Shown here in pieces: positions 39,323 through 48,143 of a DNA stretch of 64,000 nt (the first letter of the stretch is position 1; each line of letters starts with the position of its first letter). This DNA comes from a virus: positions 27,469 through 91,468 of the IMG/VR virus record IMGVR_UViG_3300050821_007139. One strand, given 5' to 3'. The position numbers and the translations under genes were made by a program. The notes beneath the pieces are model-generated. The model was given only the letters and a program-made list of their open reading frames with translations, was not told the DNA's origin and searched no databases.

Positions 39323-39409
39323 TGGTAGGTGTGGAGGGACTCGAACCCTCAAAGAGAACGGATTTTAAGTCCGCAAGTTGTGCCAGTTCACTATTATCTC
39401 CACACACCT
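39323..39409 (-). tRNA. tRNA-Leu(UAA), atypical
   Basis: Acceptor AGGTGTG/CACACCT-A-CCA; D arm AGT-GAACTGGCACA-ACT; anticodon arm GCGGA-CTTAAAA-TCCGT; T arm GAGGG-TTCGAGT-CCCTC. Confidence 0.85.
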
Positions 39410-39716
39410 AAAAGGGTTTTGCTAAAAGACTCCTGCTAGAGCTAGGATTGCGAAAGCTAAGATTGCACTTGCGCTTGGGCCGATGATATAGTCTATGATT
39501 TGTAGTGAGGTCATGGTTTAAATCCTTGCGGGTTGCGGTTTGCAGTCTACCTTTTGTTCGCCATTGGAGATTCCACTGAGTCCTAGCCCGATCGATACAC
39601 CTTCTGCGGCTGCCCTGCAGAGACTCTCGGTCGAGTAGCAAATGACGGTGCCCTGATGTGGTGGATTGAATATGAGCGCCCAACTCATTGTTGCTGCGTA
39701 GCATAGCTGCATTACT

Positions 39717-39917
39717 CTATCTCCAACCGATTGTAGCTGGAATATATGAAGCCAGTTCTTTAAGTTCTTCTTCGTTGAGCGTAAGTGTATATAGATTTTT
39801 ATTGTCTAACCCGGATAGCTCGAACACATATGAGCCAAAATCGGATCTTAGCCGGGATTTGATCTCGGCTTCTAATATGCATAGCCGACTAAAGGCTGAT
39901 GTTTTATGAATCTTCAT
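39717..39917 (-). CDS. Hypothetical protein
   Basis: ATGA coupling; AAGGAG SD. Confidence 0.5.
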   Translation of the reverse strand: MKIHKTSAFSRLCILEAEIKSRLRSDFGSYVFELSGLDNKNLYTLTLNEEELKELASYIPATIGWR

Positions 39918-40180
39918 GATATCGGGCTCCTTCCTTCAATATAGCAGTGCAAAACCCAACGATCCCACCACGGTTGAATTTTTGCTAGACGTATAACTTC
40001 GGCGTGTGTTAGATACTTGTGGTCAATTAAAGTTTGCATAGTAGCATTTTTACCTAGACATTTCTTGGCTAGTTTTAGCCTTGCTCTTACTGTTCCTGTA
40101 GAAATTATAATGTTATCATTAATTTGTCGAATGACATTCTGACTTTGTTTGTAGCTTTTCCATTGCTGTATTAGTTTCAT
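39914..40180 (-). CDS. Hypothetical protein
   Basis: AAAGGA SD. Confidence 0.5.
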   Translation of the reverse strand: MKLIQQWKSYKQSQNVIRQINDNIIISTGTVRARLKLAKKCLGKNATMQTLIDHKYLTHAEVIRLAKIQPWWDRWVLHCYIEGRSPIS

Positions 40181-40362
40181 GATTTATTTCCTTTCTTAGT
40201 TTTTGGCTTCCCGTTATACAAAACCCAGTCCGATTGAACTGAATCCATAGCACGTCGGGTTCTATCAGTCTCGCGAGCCAAATCTTCGATTAGCTCGTCT
40301 GTGAGCTTGAAAGCGCTTTCTTCGGGATCGTAAGAATCGGAATCTAGCTTTGACATTGTTTT

Positions 40363-40629
40363 TTACTCCTTTACACGAAGGAAGGGTGAGTTTAGGCTAT
40401 GATTGTTCGGCCCGCCCCATTCGGTTCCGAGGGTTCCGTAACTATATAGTCCAACTTTAAATGGAATCCTTATACGATCCTGGTTACGTTTTTGCTTCCA
40501 AAGCTTGGTAGCTCCGTTGCGCCGGATTGTCCACCATTTGCCATTTTGCATGGCAATTTCTAGGCGACCAGCGTCTAATAATTGATCTACGTTGTCTTTT
40601 GTTAATGGTGGTGCTTTTGATATTTTCAT
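40363..40629 (-). CDS. Conserved phage hypothetical protein
   Basis: W..RRNG.TK.WK...R.RIP.K.G motif. Confidence 0.65.
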   Translation of the reverse strand: MKISKAPPLTKDNVDQLLDAGRLEIAMQNGKWWTIRRNGATKLWKQKRNQDRIRIPFKVGLYSYGTLGTEWGGPNNHSLNSPFLRVKE

Positions 40630-40877
40630 CTTACTTGACTCCTAAAGTGTTAGAGAGTGTCATGGCGATTAAGATTAGTGTCATAATCACTAAGCCTACG
40701 CTAAGTATGTAAGCTGTTCTTTTCCACATTTTTGCGATTTTGTACCAGTAAGTGTAAAGTCGCACAAATTCTGCGAAATCATATTCTTGATTCATAGGTT
40801 TCACTTTTTCTCTGGTTAACAAGCCAGATATGATCCTATTTTTATTTCATATCTGGTATCTTAATCGGAGCCTAATT

Positions 40878-41627
40878 TTATCCTTGCCTGACTAGTTCGA
40901 ACTTTTGAATAGCTTGAATAATACTTGACTCGTCGAATTCTGGTGATTGCTTGCCAATACGAAGCACATCATTGAGAATTTGTATGGCTCCGTTCCATAT
41001 GGGAGCATCATCAGCAGTACAAAGAGCAGCATGAGCAGCAGCATCAGCAGTACAAAGAGCAGCATGAGCAGCAGCATGAGCAGTACAAAGAGCAGCATGA
41101 GCAGCAGCATGAGCAGCATGAGCAGCATGAGCAGCAGCATGAGCAGCAAGAGCAGCATAAGCAGCAGCATGAGCAGCAGCATCAGCAGCAAGAGCAGCAT
41201 AAGCAGCAGCATGAGCAGCATGAGCAGCATGAGCAGCAGCACAAATTATAGAATAGTTGGCGTTATCTGGTAAGCTACGAAGGTTAAGGGCGATCATTGG
41301 CAGAGTAGGATCAAGGATTAAGGGAACAATTTTTCTCAACGTTTCAAGAATTATAAAGTGTAGACGGGCTGCTTCAGCAGCAGGATCTCGATTTCCTACG
41401 ACCCGGAGAATGAAGGGCTTTAGAAGTTGGCGTTTTTTAGTAGGCATATAATCGTTCAGTGCGACCGCATAAGCTCGGATTATTGGACAAGAACAGGGCG
41501 GGTTATCGCCGATTTTACCGTAGACTAGCCACATACCCGCATCGAAAAGGCATGCGCCGTTACGTGGATGATCAGTAGAACCTTTACGAAGATCATAGCG
41601 CCAAAGATTAGAAATGTCGGTGGTCAT
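40878..41627 (-). CDS. Hypothetical protein with Ala/His tandem repeat
   Basis: GAC..DA...D.P.C.CP.I....LND N-terminal domain followed by AAHAAH repeats. Confidence 0.75.
   Translation of the reverse strand: MTTDISNLWRYDLRKGSTDHPRNGACLFDAGMWLVYGKIGDNPPCSCPIIRAYAVALNDYMPTKKRQLLKPFILRVVGNRDPAAEAARLHFIILETLRKIVPLILDPTLPMIALNLRSLPDNANYSIICAAAHAAHAAHAAAYAALAADAAAHAAAYAALAAHAAAHAAHAAHAAAHAALCTAHAAAHAALCTADAAAHAALCTADDAPIWNGAIQILNDVLRIGKQSPEFDESSIIQAIQKFELVRQG
41003..41240. repeat. Coding tandem repeat (GCAGCATGA)n and variants
   Basis: Directly visible; encodes AAH/AAY/ALCT units. Confidence 0.9.
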
Positions 41628-41649
41628 TTTGGAACTCCTGAAGAAAGTG

Positions 41650-41677
41650 AGTGGTAGGAGAGGATTCTCCTACCACT
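41650..41677. other. Perfect hairpin AGTGGTAGGAGA-ggat-TCTCCTACCACT
   Basis: 12 bp stem after the DUF932 gene stop; near-identical arms at 46559-46586. Confidence 0.7.
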
Positions 41678-41692
41678 AAAATAGTTTGAGGT

Positions 41693-42874
41693 TTAATTTA
41701 TCCTTACTAGTTCACGTTGTTTGGAGGGTGAGAAGGGGATAAGGAGCTTACCGGCTTCACGTTCAAGCTCGGTTCGAGCGTCTTGATGCGTCAGACTTTT
41801 GGCGTATGCCGTTGCGGCTGTTACCGCATCGAAGATTGTTTCGATTGGATGATCTTCCTCGACCATGTGTTGAGTCAGGAGGGCGCTAGTATTGATCTTG
41901 CCAAAGCGCTTGGATAGGAATTCTTCTACGTCGCCCTTGATCTTGGCGGCTTGTGCGGCTTTAAGAGTCTCCTCGAACGGTTTCGCGCTGATATCGGTCC
42001 GTGCCAATTGTGCTAGGATTGGTTTGACTTCTTCCTTCCACTTGTCGGGCGCGCCTTTAGTGTGCTTGAAGGATATTTCCACCTGCTCTTGTACGCCCCA
42101 AAGGATACGATTGCCGCAGGCGTAATCGAATAGAAAGGCGCCCAAGGTGTATTTCTTGAAGCCGACTTCAGAGTTGGAGATATAAAATCCTCGGGCAAAG
42201 CTTCCGGATTGACCATTGCGACGATTTGGTATCTCGACTCGATTGGTTTCGTCGGCTAAGAAAATCCACATATCGCGGTCGGAGCCGTAGATTGTGGTGT
42301 TTTCTTTGGTGATGTTAACGCGCTTACCAAACTCGCCTGGTACTCGCCAGTCGCCACTAACGCCGTCGCCGAATTGATGGACTAATTCGTCTGTTACATC
42401 GAAATCCCAGATTCGGCCGTAGTTGGGGCCGGTAGCGGCTGCAATGGAAGCCTGATTTGTATCGGGATCACGCCGGAGCAGGATACCGATTTCATCCACG
42501 CTCCGAGCCTGCTGTAGGCCCCAATTCATGCAATCGGCTACTAATGGGCCAGGAATACCGCTGCGCATATAACCCGCAGGAACGCTGGCTAGGGCGCTAA
42601 GTTGACTGAAGCTCCAATGGGTAAAATTGACCGGGATGCCGGTTTTTCCATTTTCTGTTCTTGTCAGTGCGATATCGAAAAGATCGGTTGTGGATGGTAC
42701 AACGGTTAAGCTACGATTTGTTGTTACTAGCTGTTTGCTATGCTCGCGTTGATAGCGGCGTTGGGCCGCAAGAGCAGTTAAGCTTGTATATCGTTCATCC
42801 GGTCCCCGCTTGAACCATTCTTTGCTTACTACACTATTGGTTCCATTGTTGATTTGGGTTACTTGGGCTGACAT
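41693..42874 (-). CDS. DUF932-like protein
   Basis: W..R..DERY.SL, HWSF.QL, YGRIWD, SDRDM.IFL, NSEVG, C.NR. Confidence 0.7.
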   Translation of the reverse strand: MSAQVTQINNGTNSVVSKEWFKRGPDERYTSLTALAAQRRYQREHSKQLVTTNRSLTVVPSTTDLFDIALTRTENGKTGIPVNFTHWSFSQLSALASVPAGYMRSGIPGPLVADCMNWGLQQARSVDEIGILLRRDPDTNQASIAAATGPNYGRIWDFDVTDELVHQFGDGVSGDWRVPGEFGKRVNITKENTTIYGSDRDMWIFLADETNRVEIPNRRNGQSGSFARGFYISNSEVGFKKYTLGAFLFDYACGNRILWGVQEQVEISFKHTKGAPDKWKEEVKPILAQLARTDISAKPFEETLKAAQAAKIKGDVEEFLSKRFGKINTSALLTQHMVEEDHPIETIFDAVTAATAYAKSLTHQDARTELEREAGKLLIPFSPSKQRELVRIN

Positions 42875-42877
42875 TGC

Positions 42878-43081
42878 TTAATTCCTTTCCATAGCGTGTT
42901 GAGCAAGTTGCACGTTAATTTTTCTTAATTCATCTTTATTTAATATAACACGATATGGAATATCTTGATATTTACCTCCACGAACGGCTAATACAATACT
43001 ATCTTCCTTAATTGTTATTAGAGGATAATCTAATTCTGCTCTTGTTATCCATATTCCCTTGACACTGTGTAGAATTTTCAT
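42878..43081 (-). CDS. Hypothetical protein
   Basis: GGAG SD; 67 aa. Confidence 0.5.
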   Translation of the reverse strand: MKILHSVKGIWITRAELDYPLITIKEDSIVLAVRGGKYQDIPYRVILNKDELRKINVQLAQHAMERN

Positions 43082-43207
43082 TTGATCTTTACTCCAGTTT
43101 GTGACTAAGAGTTATTCACGCTTAATCACGTTAGATATGCTCTGATGAACATACCAAGTTAAGGTAAGGTTGGTTTTATTATTCCTTACCTTAATTGTGC
43201 TATGTTC

Positions 43208-43855
43208 CTATTGCTCGGTCATCGTCAAGCATGATTTATATCTCCTCTTCATTTGTGTTTTTTTTTCCCAGATACAGAATGAGCAATCGAATTGGCCTAC
43301 TTGGTTAATTTGAAATAGGAGCCGCTTATGACCGTGTGCGATAAATTCGTTATAAATTTTCTCAGGATCATCATTTTGACCGGGATGCCAGCCGCTTTCG
43401 TATCCACATTTTAATTCACGGTAGCCATATTTACTTAGATCAATATTTGAAAGATTGATTGCTCGTTTTGGAGTATTTTCTAGTGTAGCAATATCATCTT
43501 CTGTCAGACATTCGAGACAGTAGCATTCGTCATTATTTTGTAGATACGATGGTTGCCAGCTATGACTATCTGGGGATATACGGAGAGCGTTACCACAACC
43601 ATTGCATATGGTCCATTCATCTTCCCATTCTATCTCGTATCCCGCCCGTTCTAAAATAGAAGATAGATCGCGTGGGAAATAATTCCAGTTGGAAAATAGA
43701 ATGCCGTGCTTTGGGTTTTTATATCCAGGTTCGGCATACTCATGGGCGCCTTGTAAATTTTCAATATAACGCTCTGCTGTTCTACGCCATCCGGGTTCGT
43801 TGGCGCAGGATGGTGCCCGGCATAAGCTCTTGCGCATGATATATTGCGGGGTCAT
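43208..43855 (-). CDS. Conserved phage hypothetical protein with CxxC pairs
   Basis: YAEPGY, .NWN, EW.DEW..C..C, ESGWHPGQNDDP, GQFD. Confidence 0.7.
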   Translation of the reverse strand: MTPQYIMRKSLCRAPSCANEPGWRRTAERYIENLQGAHEYAEPGYKNPKHGILFSNWNYFPRDLSSILERAGYEIEWEDEWTICNGCGNALRISPDSHSWQPSYLQNNDECYCLECLTEDDIATLENTPKRAINLSNIDLSKYGYRELKCGYESGWHPGQNDDPEKIYNEFIAHGHKRLLFQINQVGQFDCSFCIWEKKTQMKRRYKSCLTMTEQ

Positions 43856-43873
43856 TGTTTACATTCTCCTTGG

Positions 43874-44353
43874 CTAGATTTCGATTTCTAGATCGTCTTC
43901 GCTTGGGATTCGCTTTGTAGTGAAGAATCCGTAGCGCCCGACTAGTTCGCCGCTTTGGGCCATACGCTCGATTTCTGAATTGTTGAACCCTTCGCGGCGT
44001 AATTTGCGCACTACATTTTCGCTGGGTTGAAGGACTGTAGGATCGATGAATTTAAGAGCACTTGGATAATGTGCAGCGGTATATTCGATGGTGCGGATAT
44101 GGCGTTGGTGGGCCATGAACTTTTCGTGCTCGAGTCTCTTTTCTTGCTCTTTCTTGATCGCCTGCTCTTGCATTATTATTTGTTGAGCGAGAAGTAGGGC
44201 ATTCTCGCGGATTGTGTCTGCCAGCGATTCGGCGCTCGATACAAAGACCTCGATTTGATCTAATTCAATCTTCAGGCGCGAACCGTTCTTACCGGGAGCT
44301 TCAGCTCGTAATGTTTTAAAGTCGTTGCGGAATAAAGTGATTTGGGCAGTCAT
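43874..44353 (-). CDS. Hypothetical protein ending EIEI
   Basis: 159 aa; ATGA coupling. Confidence 0.6.
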   Translation of the reverse strand: MTAQITLFRNDFKTLRAEAPGKNGSRLKIELDQIEVFVSSAESLADTIRENALLLAQQIIMQEQAIKKEQEKRLEHEKFMAHQRHIRTIEYTAAHYPSALKFIDPTVLQPSENVVRKLRREGFNNSEIERMAQSGELVGRYGFFTTKRIPSEDDLEIEI

Positions 44354-44745
44354 ATCTCTATCTCCGTTGCATCTGCTTTGCGTTGCCTACAAGCTGCATA
44401 GTTGTGTGTTCTTTCTGGCACTTGACCTAATCGGATCATTTGTTCGAACCAGTTATATCCGTGCCCGTATTTCCATCCACCATATATCAAACCTTCCATT
44501 GCATGAGCGACCTCATGTAGAAAAGTTGATATTAGGGCTATTTTTCCTTGATCTCTTAGTCCTGGATGCAAGTGTATTTTGCTTGTGCTGCCGCGACCGG
44601 CGCACGATTTTAAGTTCCAATTAAACGCAACTGGAATTTGCTTTGTTTTTTCTAATCTTGGATCGAAACTTATAGCGCGGGATAATATATCTTGTAGGCC
44701 CAGTTCTCGTGCGAAACTCTCGACAGTTCCAAGATTTTCTAACAT
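44350..44745 (-). CDS. SprT-like zinc metalloprotease
   Basis: N.L...AGR, TFLHEVAH, HG..W...M..LG..P...H. Confidence 0.8.
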   Translation of the reverse strand: MLENLGTVESFARELGLQDILSRAISFDPRLEKTKQIPVAFNWNLKSCAGRGSTSKIHLHPGLRDQGKIALISTFLHEVAHAMEGLIYGGWKYGHGYNWFEQMIRLGQVPERTHNYAACRQRKADATEIEI

Positions 44746-44766
44746 AGCTCTGGTTCCTTCCTTTTC

Positions 44767-45063
44767 TTAATGATTTCCTAAGATGGAAATTTGACAATTA
44801 GAAGGAAGTATAGTATTTATATATCGTAGCGTTTCGCTATTTCCTGCGGAAATTTCTAACAAGGCGTAATTCGTGAGGTCGCGCGAGTCTTCTTTTGTTA
44901 TGGTGTTATCTAGCGTATAAAATGCTTTTGCGATTAAACACTCGATTGTTGTAGCGTCGTAGGTTTGGTTGTTTATAAGGAATTTTTCCATAGCGGGTGG
45001 CGCCTTTGGAAGAGAGGGTTGGATTGGAAGTGTAGCACAATGGGACAATGGGTTGTCAAACAT
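44767..45063 (-). CDS. Hypothetical protein (probable start MEKF ~44991)
   Basis: First gene of the leftward operon; TTGACA at 45054-45059 lies upstream of the shorter start. Confidence 0.45.
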   Translation of the reverse strand: MFDNPLSHCATLPIQPSLPKAPPAMEKFLINNQTYDATTIECLIAKAFYTLDNTITKEDSRDLTNYALLEISAGNSETLRYINTILPSNCQISILGNH

Positions 45064-45378
45064 TAATTGAGTTGAGGAAATAGAAGGATGCTCAACGCAG
45101 GGTTGTACTACTGACTAAGGCTCCACGAACTAATTATCGTGATTAGTCCAAAAAATATTAATCCGAATGCGCAAATTAATGTCTCAATTTCCCAGCGAAT
45201 CTCTGATGGAATAACGCGCATGGTGAATCTGTCACCTGGTCTGTGAAACTGGCGGTCTGCTGTTTAGCATAGATTTGTGACTTTTTGTAGAGGGTTTGGT
45301 AGGGGATGCTTGGCAAAGCAGGCTATGTTAACGCCGATGTTGACCTGTAATGTTAGGATGGCAGAGTGGGCGCGCCGT

Positions 45379-45724
45379 GGTTCGATGGGCATGATTGAGC
45401 TTAAAGTGATGTTAGCGTCGATGTTGTAGTATGATGTTTAAGCGACCCGGGGAGGGTGGTTGTGTGTGAGGGTATCTAGGGTTGTAAGAGGGTACAACCT
45501 AGGGTATACTTACTTAAAAATATATATAAAATTAACTAAAGAGAGAAAGACATTTTCAGTTCTAAGGACGGAAATTATAATATATATACTTATACCAATA
45601 CCCTTTTGGATCGATGGCCATCCGAAAGTACCTTTACCACCCCCACCTTACCCTGCCTTGCTTAAACATTATAGCCTAACATCAGCCCTAACATCGAATC
45701 TGACCTAATCGCGCCCATAGAACC
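45379..45724. repeat. Imperfect 65 bp inverted repeat with GATGTT-type iterons flanking an AT-rich core (origin candidate)
   Basis: Arms 45379-45443 and 45660-45724 align without gaps; AT-rich core at ~45505-45600; located at the strand switch. Confidence 0.75.
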
Positions 45725-45882
45725 TCCTCAAGATTTGAATTTTGTGCTTAGTATAGGCGAAATGGGAGCCGGGCCGGAGCGGGCTCGAGTCGCGTGAGAT
45801 AGTTCCCCGACGGGTTGTGCCCGACGACGCCGCAAGCGCCCCGCTCCTCCGAAAAAAAAACCATCAAACCCCAAAATAAAAT

Positions 45883-45911
45883 TTGACAACTCTCGCGCCA
45901 TATGAGATAAC
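45883..45911 (+). promoter_or_regulatory. Putative sigma70-type early promoter
   Basis: TTGACA preceded by A-tracts (UP-like); -10 only approximate. Confidence 0.45.
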
Positions 45912-45966
45912 TCTCTCGGTTAGTCGATACCGATTAGCTGGAACCAAAGCAAAGTGGAGTTTGAAA

Positions 45967-46548
45967 ATGTCTGAGAATCGTAAGCCGCGTGAAGTTCACG
46001 ATACGGTCGCAACCCGGCTGAGCAACCTGAGCAACCAGTATCTCGTGTATGTCAAGGACGAGGCTGCTGACGTTCATATCCCGGTCGCATACACCCCGCG
46101 CTTCACGCCAGGGGGTGCTGTGACACCTGAGCTCGCACGCGCTCTCAATTGGGCGCACGTCGAAAAGGCTTCCATGTCGGCCTCTATGGCGCTCCGGAAG
46201 CACTCGGATATGCCTGACAACTTGAAGGGTGAATTTGTCACCCGTCACGTTGCGGACTATAACTTTCCGAGTGACTTCGGCGACCTCGGCGGGAACATGC
46301 TCACGCGTGCGGCTATGGAAATCGCAATGGAGCTCGGCAAAGCGCAGCTGTCCGGCCTGACAGACGCCAAGCGCGCGGCAAAGGCGGCCAAGGCTGTGGA
46401 GGCAATCCTCAACACCCCGAGCGTCGCGGACAAGTACACTGACCGCGTTTCGCAAATTGCAGCCGGTATCCTCGCGACCCGTAAGCCAGTCTCGAAGCGC
46501 ACTAAGGGCAGCGATACCGAATCTGACGCAGGCGATATCGCCGTCTAA
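45967..46548 (+). CDS. GC-rich early protein ending DIAV
   Basis: GGAG SD before ATG 45967; G/C-ending codon bias unlike neighbouring genes. Confidence 0.75.
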   Translation: MSENRKPREVHDTVATRLSNLSNQYLVYVKDEAADVHIPVAYTPRFTPGGAVTPELARALNWAHVEKASMSASMALRKHSDMPDNLKGEFVTRHVADYNFPSDFGDLGGNMLTRAAMEIAMELGKAQLSGLTDAKRAAKAAKAVEAILNTPSVADKYTDRVSQIAAGILATRKPVSKRTKGSDTESDAGDIAV

Positions 46549-46594
46549 CCAAGAAAGGAAGTGGTAGGGCTGATCCCCTACCACTTAATTCCCC

Positions 46595-46870
46595 ATGTAT
46601 CATCTAGTGATCAAAGGAACCAAGCTTCAAGCGGAGCAGGCTGCTACCGAACGTGGTGTATCAGTAACATTCATAAGTTACTACCCACAGTGGGATCAAA
46701 CACTAGCCCATACCGATGCAGACCTTTCTACTCTTGCCGAGTGGTATCACGAATATGATGAAACTATGGATAAGACGACTAGTACTATAGTAGGAAGGTA
46801 TCCGCCCGGTAGCCTACTTGTATTCAGCTCTACACAAATAGAGACTACAATTTACAATAAAGAAGGATAA
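46595..46870 (+). CDS. Hypothetical protein
   Basis: A..RG...L..W..E...YPPGSLL motif. Confidence 0.6.
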   Translation: MYHLVIKGTKLQAEQAATERGVSVTFISYYPQWDQTLAHTDADLSTLAEWYHEYDETMDKTTSTIVGRYPPGSLLVFSSTQIETTIYNKEG

Positions 46871-46877
46871 ACATCTC

Positions 46878-47126
46878 ATGCGAATACCAGCCCTCATAGT
46901 TGTTGGCGCACTCGTTGCCTCTTGCGGGTCATTACCACAACTGGAAGATTACCCTTATCGCTCGTCTCAGATAGCAGTCATTAACGCCGCGCCAAGCTTT
47001 GCGCCTACGCAACCATTACCCTTCTATCCGCTATCATTGCCGACAGGATATAACTCTCGCTCGACTAACTTCACTTGCTTCTCATCCCGTCTTAGTGCTT
47101 CGATGGCATATACTAACTGCAATTGA
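46878..47126 (+). CDS. Small lipoprotein
   Basis: LVASC lipobox; C-terminal TC...YTNCN. Confidence 0.65.
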   Translation: MRIPALIVVGALVASCGSLPQLEDYPYRSSQIAVINAAPSFAPTQPLPFYPLSLPTGYNSRSTNFTCFSSRLSASMAYTNCN

Positions 47127-47145
47127 TAAAGAAAGAATTAACTTG

Positions 47146-47175
47146 AGGGGAGCTTAATTGCTCCCCTTTTTATTT
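47146..47175 (+). terminator. Rho-independent terminator
   Basis: AGGGGAGC-ttaatt-GCTCCCCT followed by a T tract. Confidence 0.85.
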
Positions 47176-47460
47176 GCCCTGAGTTACAACCCAAGCTTGT
47201 TCAACTCTTAATTTCAAATCTAATCTCAAGCTTAGTATTTATCTTATCTTAATCCATCCTTGGTTGTAAATCCCTTGTAGAAAAACGATATCCCTTTTAA
47301 TATCTCCTGCCACCCTTCGCCAGAACCAATCCCCAACATATCACATTTTTTCCCCCTGCAAGAAATTATTCAAAGAAGGTAAGCGCGAGTTAAAGGTCAA
47401 GTTTAAGCGCGGATAAAAGTGCCTAAAAAAGTGCCTAAAGGGCCTTGAAAGCTTGCGGCT

Positions 47461-47489
47461 CTTGACTATACGCGGGCGCCCGCATATAT
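47461..47489 (+). promoter_or_regulatory. Alphaproteobacterial sigma70-type promoter
   Basis: CTTGAC-N17-ATATAT versus consensus CTTGAC-N17-CTATAT. Confidence 0.65.
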
Positions 47490-47547
47490 ATAAAGCAAGG
47501 AGGGTAAGCGCGATCGGTCAGGAGCGCTCAGTAGAGGAACCCATATC

Positions 47548-48141
47548 ATGCCCATCAATCAAAACCTATCCTTAATCCCCCGGCGCGGCCTGAGCGCCCA
47601 AAATATCACCCTGACTCTCCTAGGCGAATTAACCCAAGCTGATCTAGCCCGGTTGCCATTAAAGCCGAAGACCTCCCCGCCGACCTTGCAAAAGGCCCGG
47701 GCGATCCACCACAAACAAGCCCAATTGATAGCGCAAGGTTTCAGCTTGGCTGAAATAGCGGCCCAAGTCGGCTCAACCGAATCCCGCCTAAGCTTGCTTA
47801 AAAGCGATCCTACCTTTGCACAGCTAATAGCTTTCTATGCAAACCAGCAAGATATAATTAATTACGAAGCCCATGCCCGGGTGCAAGAGACATTAGTTGA
47901 TGTCCTTGAGCTAAGCACTAATGAAATTCAAGAAAGATTAAGTGATGAAACGGTAAGGAAGAAAATTCCTATCCGTGAGTTGCGCCAGTTAGCCGAGTTC
48001 GCAGGTGATCGCAGTATAGCACCCCCGAAGGCAACCCAACAGGGAAGCATTAGCCCACCGCAAAAGATAACCCTAAATTTCGGCTTCGAAACAAAACTCA
48101 AGCCCGAGCCGCAAATTATTGATATGGATACGAATGACTAA
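47548..48141 (+). CDS. HTH protein (terminase small subunit or late regulator candidate)
   Basis: HH..A.LIA.G....EIA..VG....R.S.LK.DP.F; start of packaging region. Confidence 0.55.
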   Translation: MPINQNLSLIPRRGLSAQNITLTLLGELTQADLARLPLKPKTSPPTLQKARAIHHKQAQLIAQGFSLAEIAAQVGSTESRLSLLKSDPTFAQLIAFYANQQDIINYEAHARVQETLVDVLELSTNEIQERLSDETVRKKIPIRELRQLAEFAGDRSIAPPKATQQGSISPPQKITLNFGFETKLKPEPQIIDMDTND

Positions 48142-48143
48142 AG

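Noticed and set aside
40892-41273. Poly-Leu/Met and poly-Ser/Met ORFs
   Set aside because: Alternative frames of the Ala/His coding repeat.
45460-45708. 82 aa ORF in the divergence region
   Set aside because: Runs through the AT-rich core and inverted repeat; no convincing protein features.
45934-46584. 216 aa antisense ORF
   Set aside because: Shadow of the GC-rich + strand gene, which has the SD, promoter and codon bias.
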